Source: Paraphysomonas bandaiensis (lineage: Eukaryota > Protista > Chrysophyceae). From it: 64,000 bases of DNA. The number at the start of each line of letters is the position of its first letter. Within the stretch, counting starts at the first letter, position 1. Shown in pieces: positions 59,776-64,000 of this stretch. Position numbers and translations under genes: made by a program. Below the pieces are notes generated by a model. That model saw nothing but the letters and a program-made list of their open reading frames with translations, searched no databases and was not told the DNA's origin. The DNA lies in assembly GCA_965644295.1 (NCBI GenBank), contig CBFFRP010000180.1, positions 44,794 through 108,793 of the forward strand, in the 5' to 3' direction.

Positions 59776-62700
59776 CTACCCTCTTTTCCCCCCAGCTGGA
59801 GAAATTAGATTGTGAATACAGACTGTGATTCATGTATGCAAATACTTAAATCGGCCATACTAGATAGCGTCATTCTAAGTATAAGCAAACAAAATCAGAT
59901 TCAAACATATTATAGATTGAAAATAAACTAGATAGACAAGGTAATATTGTAATAGAAATAAAAGAATATTATAAATATGATTTCAAAATAGAAGAATAAA
60001 ACCTGTTTACAAGAGTATATCAGGAAATCTCTTGCAAAACTCCGCATCGACCAACACCATAATAGAAGAGTCAAATGTAGTAACTCGACCGTAGCAATGA
60101 ACGTCATAGGCACTCCATTCATATGTAGACTGAAACAAAGGGCAATATAGATCAATACGCAATTTACGACGACCCGCCCACCGTACATAGTTACACTCCA
60201 CAATATAAATAGTCGTATAACAATTCGGTAAGTCTAGTGTATCATAAAAATCGGCACCCCAAGCACGCAAATCTACATAAATAGTTTGGCCAGGAGACAC
60301 TCCCTCAATAGGAATATGTTTCATACGAGTACGTTCAGCTTTAGCCATCATGGTAGCAGTAACAACATCCTCATATCGATAACAGATTTCACCCATTCAA
60401 ATAGCATACCGCAGCAAAAGTAAACGATACTGAATTCTCAAATACGGATATTTGGATTAACCTTTGCCTTGTATTGTATCCAATAACCAAATGAGAAATT
60501 CGTAGAAGAATTGGTCATGTACGTAACTCTTTCCACAATTAAATGATATTCGAAACATGCATCCGATCATCATAAACTTAACGCAATACCAACTTTAAGA
60601 GATGCGCTTCAACTACTCGAATACTTGTTCAATTCACACAATGTTTTTTGACACAATTGAATATCCACGTTGAAATAGTAATGGGAAAAGAACACACTCT
60701 AGTATTCATCGAGATATAAGCAATTTACCATCATCAACACATTGAGATACTCTAAGTCATAACAATAATATCACCAGGAAAATATATTTGACCATAATGA
60801 TGAATTGTCCATCGTCAATCAATTACAGAGTAAACTTTAGAAGTACAAAGTAACTCCGTTGAGAACTCATTGCAACAACATATCAATATCATGAGAAAGA
60901 ATCAAGTCATACGACAGACTCCCTTCTGAAATATAGATACTTCCCACTTTGTATGTAAAACCAAAGAGACACTCCCATCAACTTATTGACCATCGTAACG
61001 ACATTTCAGACATCTTATTCTCACTAACCAGAACCAGAGATCTTAGAAATGAATAACATTTGGGTAACATAAGACGATCAAATATAATTTGTTTCACCTT
61101 GGCAACTCAACTATAGTTAATCTTCACGTATATGGAAATTTTCCCATTGGAATACAAATAACTTGAGAATAACTTAGACAACATGGAATATCTAAGTTGA
61201 AAGTTCAAAATTTCCAAGATACAGATCAAAAATTTGTAGACCAGAACACAATTACTTAACCAGGAATACAAGTATAAAGTGAATCAAAGGAACAATAACC
61301 TTAGAAAGAATCTGGACAAACATCCACCGAATACTCGTTACAACGAACGTAATTGAACAATAGCACAGTCAAGTTTTAACCTTGTCGTAACCAGACAACA
61401 TATGTCACAGCAACAACGTTATAAAACTTCTCATTTCACTCATCATAAAAATTTACCGAGTTCACAAAAAGTAACTTGATAACTCTTTTATTCCGAATCC
61501 AAATTCATAATATCAACAACCAGAACTGCACAAACTCCATATCACATACTCAATTCATCTTCCAGAATTTACTATGAACTCATCAACTTTCGGAAATTCA
61601 ACTCATACTTTGACTCTGACCACATACTGACACCAAACCTTCACAAGTTGAAAGTAAACTCAAAATGCTTTTAAAACATTACAAAAGTAAGTTCACTCAA
61701 ACAACACCTTAATATGTTGATTCAGACACTTGGGCTCAACATTGTTGACACAGTTGTAACTTTGAATGTAACTTGTGCATCAAGATCAGCAATTACTTCT
61801 CACTAAAGAAGCACCAATAATACTTTTCCTCCTCCTAATCACAGACTTCCTTAATTCCATAATATGTTAAACCTCAAATTTCAAACATGAACAACAAGTT
61901 TACACATTCCAAATGTCAAACAATCTAATACAGTTTATTTGAACAATTGAACATGCTCCACTTTTAGAATACCAAGAATACTTCAAACCTCTCAAATATT
62001 CTTAAAGAATAATTGCACCATACGATTGCCTCAAATTTCTTGTATCACCATTGGAATAAGACACACATAACCGAAACTTTTAAGTGTCATCTAACCAAAT
62101 TTGTACAACAAGATAAAAAAGAAATCAACCATCATCATCATACCAATTTCTGTGCGAGTCTAGAAAACTCAACTATGACAAGTCATGAATCCGTATGATA
62201 AAAGCAACCCATCCTCACGGTTTAGAACGAAAACATTTGATTCCACTGCATAAATTTAACCCATACGTTACCAGAATATTTCGATCTCAATATCAATGAA
62301 TAATCATCAACACCATAAACCAAAACTTATAGCAAGAATCATTTAATCTCTCCAATAATTACTGATACAATAAGCTCTGACAAGAATAATAGTATAATCT
62401 GAAAGTTTACGAAAACATTCGATATAACACTTCACAATTGCAACTTGATATCCATCTCAGGAAAACTCTTGTCAAACTTAATCCTCATTTGATCAATGTA
62501 AATATCATCAAACAATCAATAACCACCCATGGAATTCAAACATGTCACCACGTATGCATTCTGAACACTGCTACTCGTAATACAAGACATCAGACTCAGG
62601 AACTCAAAACTCTTCTCCAAGTCAAATACTAATCAATTCCGTCCGAATATAATATACTAAGATAGTACACTGGTCCTATATCAGTAACCATAGGTTAGTA

Positions 62701-64000
62701 ACAATTTCCCTCCAATATCACTAGAACATTGAAGATATTGCCATTCCATTGAAAACATTTCATTTGAAACCACATTCCATCCATTTAAAATAGATGATAC
62801 TTTGGTCAAACAATAAGTTGAATCTCAACAAGGCTTCTCAATTATTGAATCTCAGGGATAATCAATAGAATTTCTCAGATTAACCAAAAATTAGTAAACT
62901 AATCTCACCAACCTCCTCAACAAATCAATGAACCTCATACAAGATATGCAGTTGAATACCCCAAAACAGATATATATCCACTATATAGCAAAATCTTGAT
63001 AACTTCACTATAAATACTGAATAACATCCTTTTTAGATTCAAACTTCCATTCGAACCAAATTTGAACTTCAAAACCAACAACTGTAGGTGAAAACAAACT
63101 TATTCATTGAACTTCATCCCTTTCAAAGTTCTAAGGACTATGAAACCACCTTACAACTTTCAACAACGCAACTTCAAAGAAAACTTTGATGTTCTCAGAC
63201 CGTTCACTCACTCGCATACGTTAATAATTGAAATACTTCAGCATAACACAATAGCAATTTTTCATAAACAAGTTGATGTTTAACCACTCACTCTCACTGC
63301 AACTTGTGAACTTGCTAGCCTTTGGTAGTATAAATCAACTTCATTTCGTTTAGGCAATAGATCGAACAACGGCTGAATAATATCTTGAATCAAGATATTG
63401 GTTAAATTGCCCAACTCAAGAAGAACTCACAATACGTCAACACCACCAATACCGCATTATTAAGTAGTGTATAACAATATAGTATAAATAAATAAAACAT
63501 GATCAATATTGCATTATAATAACTTGTCTTGAAATAAACATGCTCGCTAGAAATTGGAATTAGACTTAGAGAAAGTCCAAGGGCGGACCTGGCCCATGTT
63601 CCTCAATTAGCACAAGCTTTTGCATCAAGAGCTGCAATTTCTTGTCCATCACAAGAAACTGACAAACAACACATGCTGCATACTGCTTCAACAAGAAAAT
63701 CAAACAATCTCCAATAGATTTTCTCGAAACAGAATAATGCCTTAACAGCATCAAAGAATTCAACACTGCATTAGATACTGAAAAAGGTACGACTGACATG
63801 CGCTCGAATACATCGGTAGCATCATCGGCAGTAGTCTCTTTTCCAAAGAAAATTGGAACATCATTCTCAGCATCAATAACATTATCTTGAATAACTACTT
63901 GGAAATCAACAACCGAATCAAATGTTTCAAGTGACTTATTAGACTGCACATCATACTGCACAACTGAATCAACTAAATCACTGACAACTTTCTGTACAGC
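59420..64000 (-). mobile_element. Degenerate Ty3/Gypsy-like LTR retrotransposon, runs off window end
   Basis: PPT and LTR; pol C-terminal fragment YVDLRAWG..FYDTLDLP (60007-60396); long stop-riddled region with strong strand skew. Confidence 0.6.

Noticed and set aside
60400-63560. RIP-like or strand-specific hypermutation of the Gypsy remnant
   Set aside because: G-poor plus strand may just be native retroelement composition; needs an intact reference copy

Overview
Eukaryotic genomic window, probably from a stramenopile-like protist (short GT-AG introns, Crinkler-type and CryptonS-type remnants; host identity is inference). The main feature is a complete, AT-rich, intronless 17.6-kb endogenous Polinton-like virus (PLV) at 3096-20733, with 387-bp terminal inverted repeats and a TAGCAA target-site duplication. 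It encodes a major capsid protein, a penton plus three extra penton-like domains, a fibre, an A32-type packaging ATPase, an rve integrase with chromodomain, a minimal exonuclease-less protein-primed-type PolB, an SF3 helicase and a GIY-YIG nuclease. Unusual signals inside it: a shared C-terminal D-[DG]-[GY]-F-A peptide on three proteins, a candidate -1 frameshift adding a hydrophobic tail, a 31-bp palindromic tandem array, a TTG at the MCP start, a missed 51-aa 11-mer-repeat ORF, and two promoter-like motif classes. Host genes: Na+/K+-ATPase, DUF4787, ankyrin protein, membrane-anchored sulfoquinovosidase-like GH31, PLAC8-GTPase fusion, TAF11, double sulfotransferase, TAF1B/RRN7, BCH-RhoGAP, DysF protein and a Crinkler-type NTPase. 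There are three very long (ATAC)n arrays at gene 5' ends, and decayed hAT, Crypton, Copia and Gypsy elements. All calls come from reading the sequence; no database search was run.
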